This document shows positions 38,558 to 51,374 of a stretch of 64,000 nucleotides of DNA, in pieces. Source of the stretch: Isurus oxyrinchus (taxonomy: Eukaryota). The DNA lies in assembly GCA_026770705.1 (NCBI GenBank), contig JANJGN010000026.1, positions 23,126,001 to 23,190,000 of the forward strand, in the 5' to 3' direction. The notes beneath the pieces were generated by a model. The model worked only from the letters and a program-made list of their open reading frames with translations. It did not search any database and had not been told where the DNA came from. How positions within the stretch are numbered: position 1 is the stretch's first letter; each line of letters starts with the position of its first letter. The translations under genes and the position numbers were made by a program.

Positions 38558-38992
38558 GGGCTCAGCGCGCAGTAATACACCGCAGAGTCTGACAATTCTG
38601 TTTTAGACACTTTCAGCGGAACGGTGCGATCCGAATCATAGAGCTCCGCTGAAAAACGGTCTCCTGGGAATCTCTCTGTGTTATCGATGTATCTGTTTCT
38701 CTTCAGCAGATACTTTATGGATCCGCTGGTATACTGACGATACCAGAACAGATAAGGATTGCTGCTGCTTGTAGCTGTGTAATTGCAGAGCAGCTGAACA
38801 TCATCTCCTTCACTGACTGTGACTGCACCCGGTGTCTGTGAAACAGAATCTCCTCCGCAATGCCCTGTAAGAGCCAAGAGCGATATTCAATTAAACGATG
38901 TCACTTCACTATGTCTATATCCCAAAATCGGTCTGTCACCCGGAACCTGAGAAATAAATCATGGCAGCTAAATATAAATATATTTCCCACAG
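38558..38992 (-). CDS. TCR alpha/delta V segment, intact V exon; proximal leader starts with CTG
   Basis: Exon 38558-38864 GHCGGDSVSQ…LLCNY…LFWYRQ…YYCALSP is open; the leader-like 46-nt exon 38947-38992 begins CTG TGG and has a weak gttccg donor. Confidence 0.85.
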
Positions 38993-39386
38993 CTCAGGTA
39001 CTGTAACGGGAAGGTGCTTGGGTCGATTCAATAAAACTTCCCTGAATGAACATTCAGCACCTTCTATCGAGATCAGTTCCTCACCTTCATCTCCGGTGAT
39101 CTGAAGGTAAAACTGAAAACAGCCGGAGGGTTTCGTTCGAAATCTTATATCTGTCAAAAGTCTCTCAAGCGCACAAATGGAGTCTAGGATCCCAGCCCAA
39201 CTCCTCTGCTCTCAATCACTCCGGGAACTTCTCCCAAGCAGTGTTCCATGTTGGTACAAGGTGGATCGGGACGATTTTTCACATTTTGGATCAAACTATT
39301 CCCCCCTTGTGTTGACTGAACTACCCGATTAAATGTATTGCCTGGACAAGATGTAAAACACAGAGTTTCGCAATTTGTGAACCTAC

Positions 39387-39438
39387 CAATTAAAAGATCT
39401 GATGCTGTGACGAATAAGTTCAAAGTAACGGGAGACAT
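39387..39438 (-). CDS. Orphan family-D leader exon
   Basis: 52 nt, MSPVTLNLFVTASDLLI+G, gtaggt donor, family-D promoter upstream; no cognate V exon follows. Confidence 0.7.
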
Positions 39439-42400
39439 GCTTGCAAAGAGCTCGCGGTGGATATCACTAGAACGGGTTGAAGCTGAAATTCTTTTCACCA
39501 AGAATTGGTTGGAGGTTGAGTGACATCCGCATCGCTGCTGATTGGATCATTGCTGACAGCGTCATCAGGTGACATCCAATCAGCTTAAAACTCATTTGTT
39601 TTCAATTTAACCAATTAGCTCACAGCTCCTTTGATCTCCGATTCATACGACAGGGAATGGAGCAGAGTTGATACCCAATGTTGGCCCTTTAACGATTCAA
39701 TCAGTCACGTGGAGAAAGAAAAGGAAAGCAGTGAATGCTGTTCTACTTTCAGAACCGGAGCCCAATTGCTGCTGTCTGACTATGAGGACTCCCCGCAGAC
39801 GATACACGCGGCCACTGGCTCCTGTGGAATTTGAATACAACAAAGCGGCAAATAGAAAAATACCATATTTGAAATGAATTCAATGATGGAGGAGAGGTGA
39901 TTGGCTTTTTGACGGATTCAGCGTGTACGGACACCTCATGCGCTGAGCGATCATGGCTGAATTGATCATTAGAAATATTTACAGCATACCTATTTTAAAA
40001 ATCACCGTGGTTGCAGAAATTCTTTAGTTAACCACCGTAACCATAGGCTTGCACAGGGAATTATTGTCCGCATTTAAAATCGCGTGATTAAATAAACTCG
40101 TCAAGATAACTTCGACAGTATTTCCCAAACTTTCAATCTCTTCCACCTAAACACATAGAACACCAACACCTGCAATTTCTCCTTCAAGCCACATCCCACC
40201 CTGACATGGAATTATATCACCGTTCTTTGACTGTCAATAACCCGGAATTCCCTTCCTAACATCCCCAACAGAACATTCCAGCTCAAGAACAGGTGAACTA
40301 TAGCGGCTCATGAAGGCGCTCATCGGCACTTACTCAAGGGAAATTGTTTGGTGAGCAAGAAATGCTGCTCTTTGCCAGCTTTAAACAATAAAAAAATGTT
40401 TTCAATCTATAGCACATCCCGGCAGCCAAACCAACAGCTAACCCATCATCCTGCTGCACTCGGGACTCTGTCGGTTGGTCCGCGTCAATTATCTCAGTAT
40501 GATTCGTGATAAGGTTCTGTTGGGAGGTCATTGACCTGCAAAGTTAAACCTGTTAATATCTCCAGACTTCTTTTTTCATAATCCACACGATAGATGCGCC
40601 TGAAATGAAAACCTTTGCAAACTCAGTTCAGAGAAAACGGGTGGCTCAGGGTAATGTGCTCCGCTTAAATACACACAAATCTGATATTATCATTGAACAC
40701 AGGAACCTGACAGCTTTTCTACATAATTGTTTTGTGATGACCTTCACATCTAGTCTCCATTATAAGTGACATCAGCAGGCAATGTTTCTGATTTAAAATT
40801 GGCGGGAGTAGCTATAAGAGGGTTTAACTGGTTTCCAACATTGTGAGTCTCAGGGAGCAATAATAAACTGCACCTTTGTTCAGTTGAAGCCTAGAGATGG
40901 TTAAAATACTGAATTTTGTCAAGTGTGCACTGAAAAACAGATTTCGGCAAAATACGCCTTATCTTCAGAGTGCTTTGGGTATTTTATCAGATTGAGCACT
41001 GGCTCTGCTTCAGCTTTGTTGCTGATATCAGTTGCCCCTCCATGTGGCATTATGGGTACATTTTAAAGTAATCGCTTCTCCTTCTGTCCTAACTCCTGAG
41101 GACATCGGCTGCATGACAGAATATCCATGATTCAGGCCTGATAAAGACGCTAAAAAAGGGAAAGAGAAAACAGGCAGGTGTTTTTATCTGGAGGACGTGT
41201 ACTTAAGAAAATCAGATTCCTCACCACCATGTGCTGCCTAAAATTTAAAAAAAAACAATTCTGTATAAATACGGCAGAGTTTTGAACCTCCGCCTTTCAC
41301 CACTGGATGGGGCAGACTTTCTTTATTTTCTTTCTGTCCGTCTTTCAATCTAAATTAATAATCATCCAGAATGGTGAATTTCCTTTCTGGGTGTAGCCCA
41401 CTCTCTGTCTCCGTCTGTCTCTCTTTGCCACAGTATACCTGCCTCGGTCTCGATCACTCCTCTCTGTTTCTCTCCGTAACACTTTTCCTACTTTTGCTTT
41501 TTACAAAGGCTGTAATTCTGTGACAGTTTGACAGAGTACATGCTGAGAGGCTGTTTCTCCCTGGCTGGAGCGTCGAGAACTGGGCTCATATTTTCCATGT
41601 GATGCGCCAGGCATTTGGGGCTGAGATGAGGAGATATTTCTTCACTCAAACGCTGGTGAATTTTTAGAATTCTCTGTCCCAGATGTTTGTGGGTGCTCAG
41701 TCATCAAGTGTTCAAAAGCGAATTGAATAGATTGTTGTCCTATACTTTTAAATGACAGGGTGACTGGAGAAAGGTGGGGGAAGTGGCAAAGACAGGGCCA
41801 GATATCCCTTTCCCCTGTAACCATTCTCTGATTTTATACAAACATCATTTGTCTATGTGTGGACTGTAGTCGTGTCTGGCTGGTTAAGTTGATGGTTTAA
41901 AATTAATTGAATTCCCCCACGAAGGTTTGAATCCTACTGATTATTCATGGATTTTACCGAGTGCCAGCAGGGTTAGTTATCTGTTTAATGGAATAAGAAC
42001 TTCCCAGGTCTGATTCCAAACCCCGTGCTCGTGCTAAATGACTCAATAATTTCTCGATGAATTTACTCAGTCCCCTGAGGCCATGAGAGCTGGACAAAGG
42101 GGGGATGGTAGGTTTTGCTGTAACGAGTTGTAAGATGATAGAATGACTGTGAAGGCAGAAGCAGTGAGGATGAAAATGAAAGAGTTCTAGAACGTTACAG
42201 CACAGAAGGAGGCCATTCGGCCCGGCGTGATGCTTTGAATGAGCCTTGGACATTAAGTGATATTTGTGCAAGTGAGAGCAGCACAAATTAAGATCTGTCC
42301 CTTTTGCATCTACGATCTCTTCAGGCAGTTTATATCTCATGCCTTGCAACCTATCATAGCCCTTCCCTTTTGTCCTTTCACTCCCTCTCTCCGCCCCCTT

Positions 42401-42565
42401 GCTTGTTTTCCAGCAGTTACTTCGCTGACTTTTCCAGCTCTGATGAAGGATTGCCCAGCTAGAAGATTCACTCTGTTTCTCCCTCCAAAGCCACAGCCAG
42501 ACCTGGTTTCATTTCATAAAGGATTCCTGTTAATGGTGACAGTCCGCACAGCACCAAGAAAGAGC

Positions 42566-42637
42566 TTCCCTGACCAGGAATCGAACTCAGGTAACGGCGG
42601 TGAAAGCGCCAAATCCTAGCCACTGGACCACCATCAG
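42566..42637 (-). tRNA. tRNA-Glu(TTC), probable pseudogene
   Basis: …ggtggtccagtggctaggatttggcgcTTTCAccgccg…gttcgattcctggtcagggaa; the 5' acceptor strand is mutated. Confidence 0.75.
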
Positions 42638-42779
42638 AGCAACTAGCAATTAGCTTTCCTAACGTGCTGACAATCATCTCTTTACCCGCCTGTTACCTAA
42701 CACCACAGACATGTTTTCACACAAAATTGTGTGTTTGGTTTACCTTTGCTCACCTCATAGACTCATAGACCCATAAACT

Positions 42780-43550
42780 CATAGCCGTTTACAGCACAGA
42801 AGGAGGCTATTCGGCCCATCGTGTCTGTGCTGATCAATAATGATCTGATCACATTAATCCCATTTTCCAGTACTTGGCCCATAGCCCTGGTGGCTATGGC
42901 AATGCAAGTGAATATCTAAACACTTCATAAATTTTACGAGAGTTTCTGGTTCAACCAGCCTTTCAGGCAGTGAGTTCCAGACTCCCACCACGGTCTGGAT
43001 GAAAAGAGTTCTCCTCAACTCTCTGCTTAGCCTTCTACCTCTTACCTTAAATATCTGCCCACTGGTTATTGACCCCCCACCCCCCTACTAATGGAAAAAG
43101 TGCCTTCGTATCCACCCTACCTATGCCCCTTATAATATTATACACATCCATCAGGTCCCCTCTCAACTTTCGTTGCTCCAAGGAAAACAACCTTTGATTA
43201 CATATTTGATCCTCTATCTCTCCCTAGTTATTTGGGGACCCATAGTACACACTCAACAGTGCGTTTTCCCCTTTTGTGTTTTTTTTACTTCTACCCATAT
43301 GGCCTCATTCGATGACCCTTCCCGGATATTATCCCTGCTCACTGCTATAATTGATTCCTTGGTCAACATTGCAACCACCGCCCTCTTCTAACCCCCTTTC
43401 TATCTCGTCTGAATACTCTATAACCAGGAATGTTGAGCTGACAATCCTGCCTTCTTTTAGCCAAGGCTCATTAGTAGCTATGATATCATAGTCCCACGTG
43501 CCTATCTGTGCCCTCAGCTCGTCAGTCTTATTCCTCAGACTCCTTGCAGT
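42780..43550 (-). mobile_element. CR1-type LINE fragments
   Basis: CR1 tail plus an endonuclease piece (ARSLRNKTDELRAQIGTWDYDIIATNE). Confidence 0.7.
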
Positions 43551-43713
43551 AATTTTGTCTGTTTGAAAATGTTTTAAAAGAAACATTTGAATGGAACATA
43601 TAAAATGGAACATTTTAAAAACAAGAACACACAGAAATCGATTTCTGCCTGTCGTTTTCTAAACACGAAGGATTTATTTTTTGCGAGCTAGCATATTTGA
43701 GATGTGCCCAAGA

Positions 43714-43753
<40 letters not shown>

Positions 43754-44370
43754 ATGCTCAGATTTCCCAAAATACCTCCAGTGCTCAAACTTTCTGACAC
43801 TTTTTTAAAAAATTAAGCTTTTGTATTCAGTTGGTTTTCTGGTCAACTTGCCCGATGCCTAGAACGCATCAGCCCGTCCTTGTTGAATTATTGTTCATCT
43901 GCTTCCAATCATATCTTGAAAATAACCGCTTTGTGCCTGTTTATATTATGGATTCTTAATTTCAATTTATGGAAGTAACTTTAGCATCGAGGGATATTTA
44001 ATCAGTTCACCAAATATTTATATTCAGATTTTCCTCACCTGGTGGCCTTATTGACAATTTCAAACCAAAAAAGAAACATGTGTTCCTTTGCCGCGAGTTC
44101 TTTCATGAACAACAGTGCACGGATATAAATAGACCCAGGCCACTTTCATGTGTTGTATTCTCAATGGCCGTGGTGAGTTCTCAGACATTCCCAAATAAAC
44201 AGCAGGATTCTGCCCCACACAGTTAATACAGTAATCAGACTGAATCAATACTAAATGTGAGTGATTTTAAATGGTGTTTCTGTGGATTGTCTGCGCTCAG
44301 AAGAATGTATTCACGTGTTAGTGTCTGACCCGCTGTTATAAACAGCAGCTGTGACCCAGAAAACTGCAGC

Positions 44371-44409
44371 ACTTATTGTATGAGGCTTTCACTCGTTCCC
44401 ATCACTGTG
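44371..44409 (-). promoter_or_regulatory. 23-RSS (CACAGTG-23-ACAATAAGT)
   Basis: Counted directly. Confidence 0.88.
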
Positions 44410-45180
44410 AGACTCTGTGCACAGTAATAGACCGCGGTGTCAGACAGCCGCAGCTCCATGATTGTCAATCGGTACGACTTGTCTGACTGCTGGACTGTGT
44501 CAGAAAACCGGCTCTGAGCGAAATCCGCCTTAAATTCAGAACTACCGCTCGTGAGCCTCCGGACTGCAAACTCCGGCTGTCTGTCTGGGTACTGGCGGTA
44601 CCAGAATAAGTAATAAGCATCGTCGGTATAGGTGCAGTTTAAAGCGACATCTTCTCCCTCTGTCTGCGTGAGTGAGCGTTCTCGCTGAGTAACAAAATCT
44701 CCATCGCTCAGACCTGGTACACACGGTTAAAGAAAGAGGAAATCAGCGATTAAAACTTCAACTGAACTGAACTGACGGTGAAAATTCACAGTCAGTGCGA
44801 CATAAAATTCAAAATAATTTCGAGCACACAACAGCTCATTCGACCCAAATGGTCCAACTCCGTGTTTCCAACCCCGAAGGCATCCTCCTGACCCCCACAC
44901 CCCCCACTCTTCATGTCACTCCCTCAGCAAACCTCAGCTGAGGTCTAATACCATCATTGTAACTCGTTGTTTTTTCGTTTTCTTTTGTGGCCTGTATTCG
45001 TTTTATAAAAGACCAGATCATTTCACAATAAATACAAGTGTGGACAGATCAAGATCCGAAACATGGTTAACATGGATTTGCCGCTTTTCAAATTTATTCC
45101 CACAGAAATTCAACCTCTTTTCAAGTTTTAAACTTCTTACCAACAACCACCCAGACCACAGCGAGAACGGAGAGCCGCAT
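44410..45180 (-). CDS. TCR alpha/delta V segment (family E), apparently functional
   Basis: Leader 45141-45180 MRLSVLAVVWVVV; intron 44714-45140; exon 44410-44713 hand-translated as open: …ALNCTY…LFWYRQYPDRQPEF…DTAVYYCAQS (this frame is not in the ORF track). Confidence 0.92.
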
Positions 45181-48100
45181 TGCTGCTGTTCCGGGGTAAG
45201 TTTTGTGTCTCAGGAACCTGCAGAAGGTCGGACAAGAAAAAGGTGAGTCAAGTGGCTGAGGTGGATCTGAGGTCGCTTCCTGAGGATATGGGATCGAAAG
45301 AGCTGAAATCTGATCGGTCTGATGTGACTCCATCAGTCACGAGTCGGTGTTTATTACAGAGAACTGATACATTAAGGCCGCATTCTCTCTCTGTGACCTT
45401 ATGAATTGGCAGCGGGTCAGACGCTGACTTTCATCCATGTGGGACCTGGGTCAAATCCAGGCCAGGAAGAGGGTGATGGTCGGTTACAGGGTGTGGCAGC
45501 GGGTCAAACACTGATCATTCCCCCTCGATGATTGGGTTGGAAACCAGTGGGTACAGAAAGAGAGGACATTAATTATTTGTGATGAGCACTAAGCACATCA
45601 GTGGGTTTAATATTCAGATTTCTCTTGTACTTAATCGAGCACATAAAATGAGTAAAGTCCGCTTTTGGTTTTGGAAACGAAGGCCTTACTATTTTGCGAG
45701 GTGTTTGAAGCCTTTTTTTGTATTTGGGCCCAGGTATGAACGACTTGTGCTGTTTGCATTGGCTGTACATTATGGACCAGAGCAACACCTGGCTCCGCAT
45801 TGGCCTAAAGAGTTGTTTTTAAACCCGTGAGGGATATTTGGGGGAGAAACAGATTGAGACTCGGAGCGAAAAATTGAGGGAGAGATAGAGTTGAATCACG
45901 ATTGAACATCCGCTGTCTATATTTGGTTTATGGCTTTCATAGAAGTTTTCATGAAACGGCTTTTACAATGGGTGGTTAAGAGTCACCCATATTTCTATTG
46001 ATAGGCTGAACGGGCAAAGACGCTGGGTTTCTTTTCCTCAAAAACATTATCGAACCAGCTGGGACTTTATCACCATCCAACGGTGTCATTTCACCACCAG
46101 TACTATCTTTAATTCCAGGTGTTTATTTTATTAGTAGAATTTAAATTCCTCAAGTGCCGTGGTCAGAATACAAATCAAGGAGTCGGATCATTAAACCAGT
46201 TGTCTCAGATAACCATTCTGGTAACATAACCACTGAATTCGCGGACCCGTACCTGCTGCAGTGCACAAACACGATGTGTGCGCTCCCTCTTGTGGTGATG
46301 TGTGGCAAGTGGCCTTTTCCTGGCAGTTCGCTGAATTCTCAAATTACTGAATGATGTCCTTGCTTAATTATGCCGCGTTCTTCTTGTTCTTTTTATCCCA
46401 ATTATAATATTCTTTAATGCAGGTGAACCTATGCACGGAACCAGTACCATATGGCCCTTGGTGCAGTGAACTGCGGTGAAGCGATAATCACTGCTCTGTG
46501 TAATACAAATGCACAAGAGAGACTAACACTGACTGAAGTTCTGGGACGCGCGCACGGCCTGCAGAATCCTCAGTGACACCAGGAAACATGAAAATTGGAG
46601 AAACCCGCGGATTTTAATAAGGAAAATTGGGATGACGCTGAGGGGAATAATGGGAAACAATGGCAAACATTAACAAACAGCAATGTAGATGGAGGTTTAT
46701 TCTTCCACGTACTGTACTGTTTCGGGCCGTGGTAGAGCAGAGCTCAGCTCTTTAAATGAACCTGACATATAATATGAGAGAGACTTGCCAGGATTCTCTG
46801 CTCGCTGTGAATTCTGCCTCTGGGGTATGACAGAAAGGGACAGAGGTAAAAGTCCTTTTATTCTGAAGTGACACTGGATGACGCAATGGCTCCTTCATCC
46901 AAGGGCCTTGCGTTTAAACGCAAACCAGCTATGAGAACTGAAGAAACCTTCAGGGAAAGGGAAACGCATTAGGAAAGTGCAGCGCTGAGATGGAGCCTAG
47001 GAGGAAATAATTCATCAAAGTCCAATTAGTCCATCGGCATTCAACATTTGTCAGCAATTTCACAGAAAGTATTTTGGAATATTTTTCTAATAATTGACAC
47101 AAAGTGTTTATAACAACTGGACATCACCTTGAGAAAAAAAAGCACATGGGAACAGAGAAAAGCGGGGTTCAACATAGAGAGAAGGGAACAATTGAGAATA
47201 AAACAAGGGGCACTTTACTCCGAGACATCTGGAATATTCAAACAATGATGAAAATCTAAAATACATTTCTATTACAGCCACAGCCATCTCATAAACTTCA
47301 AACAGAAAGACTAAATCGCGTTTATGGGTTTCCTCTGTTAACTGAAGACATTTTACTTTGAGAACCATCAAGAGGACATATTTATGTTCATAACATAGGA
47401 ATCTTAATAAACGGATGTGGGAAATGAACGATGTTGTCCATTCAACGCGTCATGTGATAAAGTGATGAAGCAAAGTTTTATGGCCTGGGGAATTTATCTC
47501 AGGGTTTTGTCCACAAAACGTTTGGGAATTTTTCCAACTGCTTCAGCCAGATTGAAATGTGAGTGGATTGAATCTTCTCACTTTCACCAGACTAACGGCA
47601 GTGCTGTGGGAAATAATGAAGAGGAACGGGATGATGAATTTAGAAGCGGTCGTCCAGAGGTTGTCTGTCTCTTTCTCATTGTCTTCAATCCAGATGTAAT
47701 CTGGGAAATCTACGAGAGTGTGGCAGAGAAAATCTAATCAGATGGTTTATTAATCCAAGGCACTATATTATTATTGTAGATTTCCTTTCCTCCTCCTAAA
47801 GGTGATTGTTTCTCCTCTACTTTACAAATCACTCTCAACAATCTCTCTGTTTCTATCTCCACTGCCGCTCTTCCTGAATGATCCTCAAAGTTACAATGAA
47901 AGATTGAATTCTGGTACAAATCACTGGGAAAGGCGAGTGATTGAAAGGTTTGGGAGATTGGAAAATGGATACTAAACTGTGCAGGAAAGATGCACCCTGA
48001 GACCTGGTTACTGAATGCAATTACCGTACAGAGGCTGAATATGGGTTATCCTTGATAGGAGCCAAGGACAATTCCTCTTATTTTGTTTCTTCCCCTGCAC

Positions 48101-48890
48101 CACACCTTTACCTCATCTGAATGAGAATTGTAAGGCCAGTATTTCATGCACTCCTGGCCTTAAACCCTTGTCAGTGTACATTCTCCCTGCACCTCACCCT
48201 GGGGGCGTTGAGCCCACTTCCCGCGCTCTGTTAAACAGAGGAGTGTAAACAGCTGCAGAGAATCGATGTGGCACAATGTCTTTTCTGCCTCTTATAAATC
48301 CAAGGTCTGAGGATGCTGGCTGTTTAAATATACCCTGACTGTCACAAAGAAGGACAGAGCTCACCACATGGTTTTAAACACAGTTTTAAATGCAAACCTC
48401 AGTCGGGTTCAGTTCTCGAAACATTGTTTAAATTAGAGGAAGAGCTGTTTCTCTAGGTTTGGTCAGTAATAACAGATATCTCGTTATAATATCACAGATC
48501 TAAAAATCACTGAGACAAAATACAGAATCAGTCTTAGCACAATAGTGAACTAACACATTATAGAAATCTCACTGCAGTCACTGTTTCCGGTCTCCTGACA
48601 ATCAGACTAATCTTGTGTTTCCCGGTTACAATAAGCAGCCACGGCTTTCATCCCCGCCCCCGGTCTCTAAATCTGAGCCATTCCCCCTATCAAGACATTG
48701 ACTGTAGTCCAGCTTCAAATGTTTCTATTTATTGAAAGGCAGCTCACTATCTACCGCTCTCAAAACACCACTGGAGGCACAGGTAGTGAGGTGGGAAAAT
48801 GCTGAGACACGACAGCAGATTATTGAGGGTGGGGATTAGAACGGGTGTCTTCAAATATCCAACTTCCCTTTTATAGAGCGGACAACGACA

Positions 48891-49389
48891 ATGCGGCTAC
48901 TCAGCATCTGGGTTGTATGGGGAGCATTTATGATGGGTAATTGCGATCCAGTATATTTCATCTTTTCTCTAACTTTCCAAACACGTTTTGAATCTTAACC
49001 AGCCGCTGGTCTGGCCTTTTTCCGTTTGAACATGTTTTTCAGATCTGAGTCATGGAGATTATGTCACTCAGCCGCTATCCTCATATGTTAAGACAGAAGG
49101 AGAAGCGATGACTTTAAGCTGTACCTATGATACTATACAAAACAGCCATAATTTATTCTGGTACCGGCAACACGCAGACTCGCAGCCCGAGTTTATATTG
49201 AGGAAATATTCAGGCGGTAATGAAGAAAAAGCTGTTTTTGCCAAAATGCCATTTCTCTGTAGAGCTCCAGACCTCGAATAAATTCACCAGGTTAACCATC
49301 TCGTGTCTGCGGCTGACTGACATTGCTGTGTGTTACTGCACTCTCACACTCACAGTGATGGAAAGCAGCCTGACCCCTGTGCAGGGTTG
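48891..49389 (+). pseudogene. TCR V pseudogene (single frameshift)
   Basis: Leader 48891-48936 intact; exon from 49043 with LSCTY and LFWYRQ; +1 frameshift near 49243-49246; heptamer CACAGTG at 49351-49357; nonamer lost. Confidence 0.88.
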
Positions 49390-50235
49390 TGGGTTGGATC
49401 TCCTGTCTGTTGGTGTTTGTGTAGAATCTCGGGCTGATGCAGCCACGATGTTCAGCGGCGCTGTCAGACTCTCAAACGCAAGCCGAGGGGAAATCAAATT
49501 AACATCGATTTAAACTGCCATAAAACTGCTTCCAGGAGCCGTCGACGAAACAAACTGTAGAATCCAATCGGACCGATTCAGCACAAAATCATATTTGTTG
49601 ACTCCAATTCTAATCCGTAATACCCTGTTGTCGTGTCTCAGGAAGCCCCCAGTTTATTTCCTGGTGATCCCAGCGGCGGTGCTGAACTGGCTGTTAGTGA
49701 ATGGAAACATCCCGAGCTGCTAACGTACAGTATTGAAAGGGAACTCGTTGCTCTTTTAGAGACCAGACCTGGGTAGGGAATTAAATCCTTGTTTGCTAAT
49801 TATCGCCAGCGAGCTCAGGGTTCTTCATGGAGATAGGAAATATTCCAACATTAAGGAGACAACCTGAAGCAGGGGACAATGGAGGGCTCTGTGTTTGGGG
49901 CTTATGAAATCTGTCCATTTTTCATGAACTGTCTCTGACCCAGTAGCACACTCTGACCAGGCTGAGGTCAAAGGCTTTGGGAAAGTAACAGGGTAGATAG
50001 GGACAGAGTTGCTCAATATCACAGGCAGGGACGGAAAGGGCTCAAAGGGCAAAAATATATTCATGCCCCGCAAGTAAACTAATTTAATTCCCAATTATCC
50101 CTCGTTTGTTCTTGTTAAATGTTTTGTTTTATGATCTTTTGGGAAGGTCCCTGTGAATCTGTGGATTCATTATCGCTTCCGATTAGCAGCGTGAGAGCGC
50201 CCGCTGGTGGTCACCAACTGGAACTCCCAGTGTGA

Positions 50236-50702
50236 GTTTTTGGACTGTGTCCGCTACATCTCTGCAGTCGTGTGGGCTCCATGACAGAGGATTACACGGT
50301 GGTGTCGGAGAGACAAGGAAACCAGCGATATTTAAATGGACCGTTTCGTTTCCTTTGTGCAAACCAGGAGAGAACCCGTGTAGGAAATCTGGAGACTTAA
50401 CTCCCGTCCCTGAGCTATAGTTGTTAGGTAAATATCTCGGAGGTTCCCCGGGATGCAGGAGTGGCAAAAAAGAGTTGGGCAGTCTATGTTATCAAGTAAC
50501 TACGGCCCACTGTTGTGCTCTGTCCTTGGATAGCAGTTAATTCAGGCTAAACCTGGAACAATCTATCCACACCACTAGTTCCTAAAATGTAAATGCAGAA
50601 AATTTCAAAAATCAGAGTAAATATGATCCTGGGAAAAACACACGGACTATTTAAGTATAGACCCAACGGACGGGAAGAAAATTATTATAAGTAAGGAACA
50701 TT
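50236..50702 (-). pseudogene. TCR V pseudogene (family C)
   Basis: HPGEPPRYL…KSPDFLHGFSPGLHKGNETVHLNIAG; disrupted; decayed RSS at ~50236-50274. Confidence 0.8.
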
Positions 50703-51374
50703 GACTGTCTGGTTTAGAGTAATAGAAAGTATCGGAGTTCAAATTATGAACTATGGAGTTGAAATAGCGAGGGTTAAATTTTTAAAAGTCGATGGCCATC
50801 TTGTTCTGCTCACTGTTCAAGCGATTGAGAATCATGGAATCATAGAGCATGGAATGAGGCCATTCGGCCTCTCAAGAGCCTGTGCCTCCTTGAAGGAACA
50901 ATCCGATTGGTCTTTCGGCTCCCGCATTTCCACATAATCCGTATTTTCACCATTTCCAGTTATAGCAACTTCCTTTTAAAAATTGCTATTTCATCTTTCT
51001 CCTCCACCGTTTTCGGCAGTGTATTCCAGGTTTTTAAAAATCGGCCTGGTCATAAACGTTTCTTTATGTTTTTTTCTCTTATTCTTGGTGATTGTATTTT
51101 CCAGTTCTCTTCTTGTGAAACTGGCTACTTGTGACCTATTCGATCAAACCACTGAAAATTTTGAGCAACTTAAATATTTCCATTAACTCCTTTCGTATCA
51201 CGTAAACAAACACAGTTTCTACCGTCTGTTCACATAAAAGACCCTCATCCCTGTCTCAGGTTTACAAATAGTAATTTGTTAGTACAGAACTTGAGTATTG
51301 CTGAAAAAAGAGATGTCGAAGTTTTTCATTTTGCACTCATCAGGACAGTTTTGTAAGACACCCGTGGCAGGATA

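Noticed and set aside
38558-38864. NAR-TCR supporting V-delta (leaderless) interpretation
   Set aside because: No extra CDR1 cysteine, leader-like exons are present, and no upstream NAR V-D-J cassette was seen.
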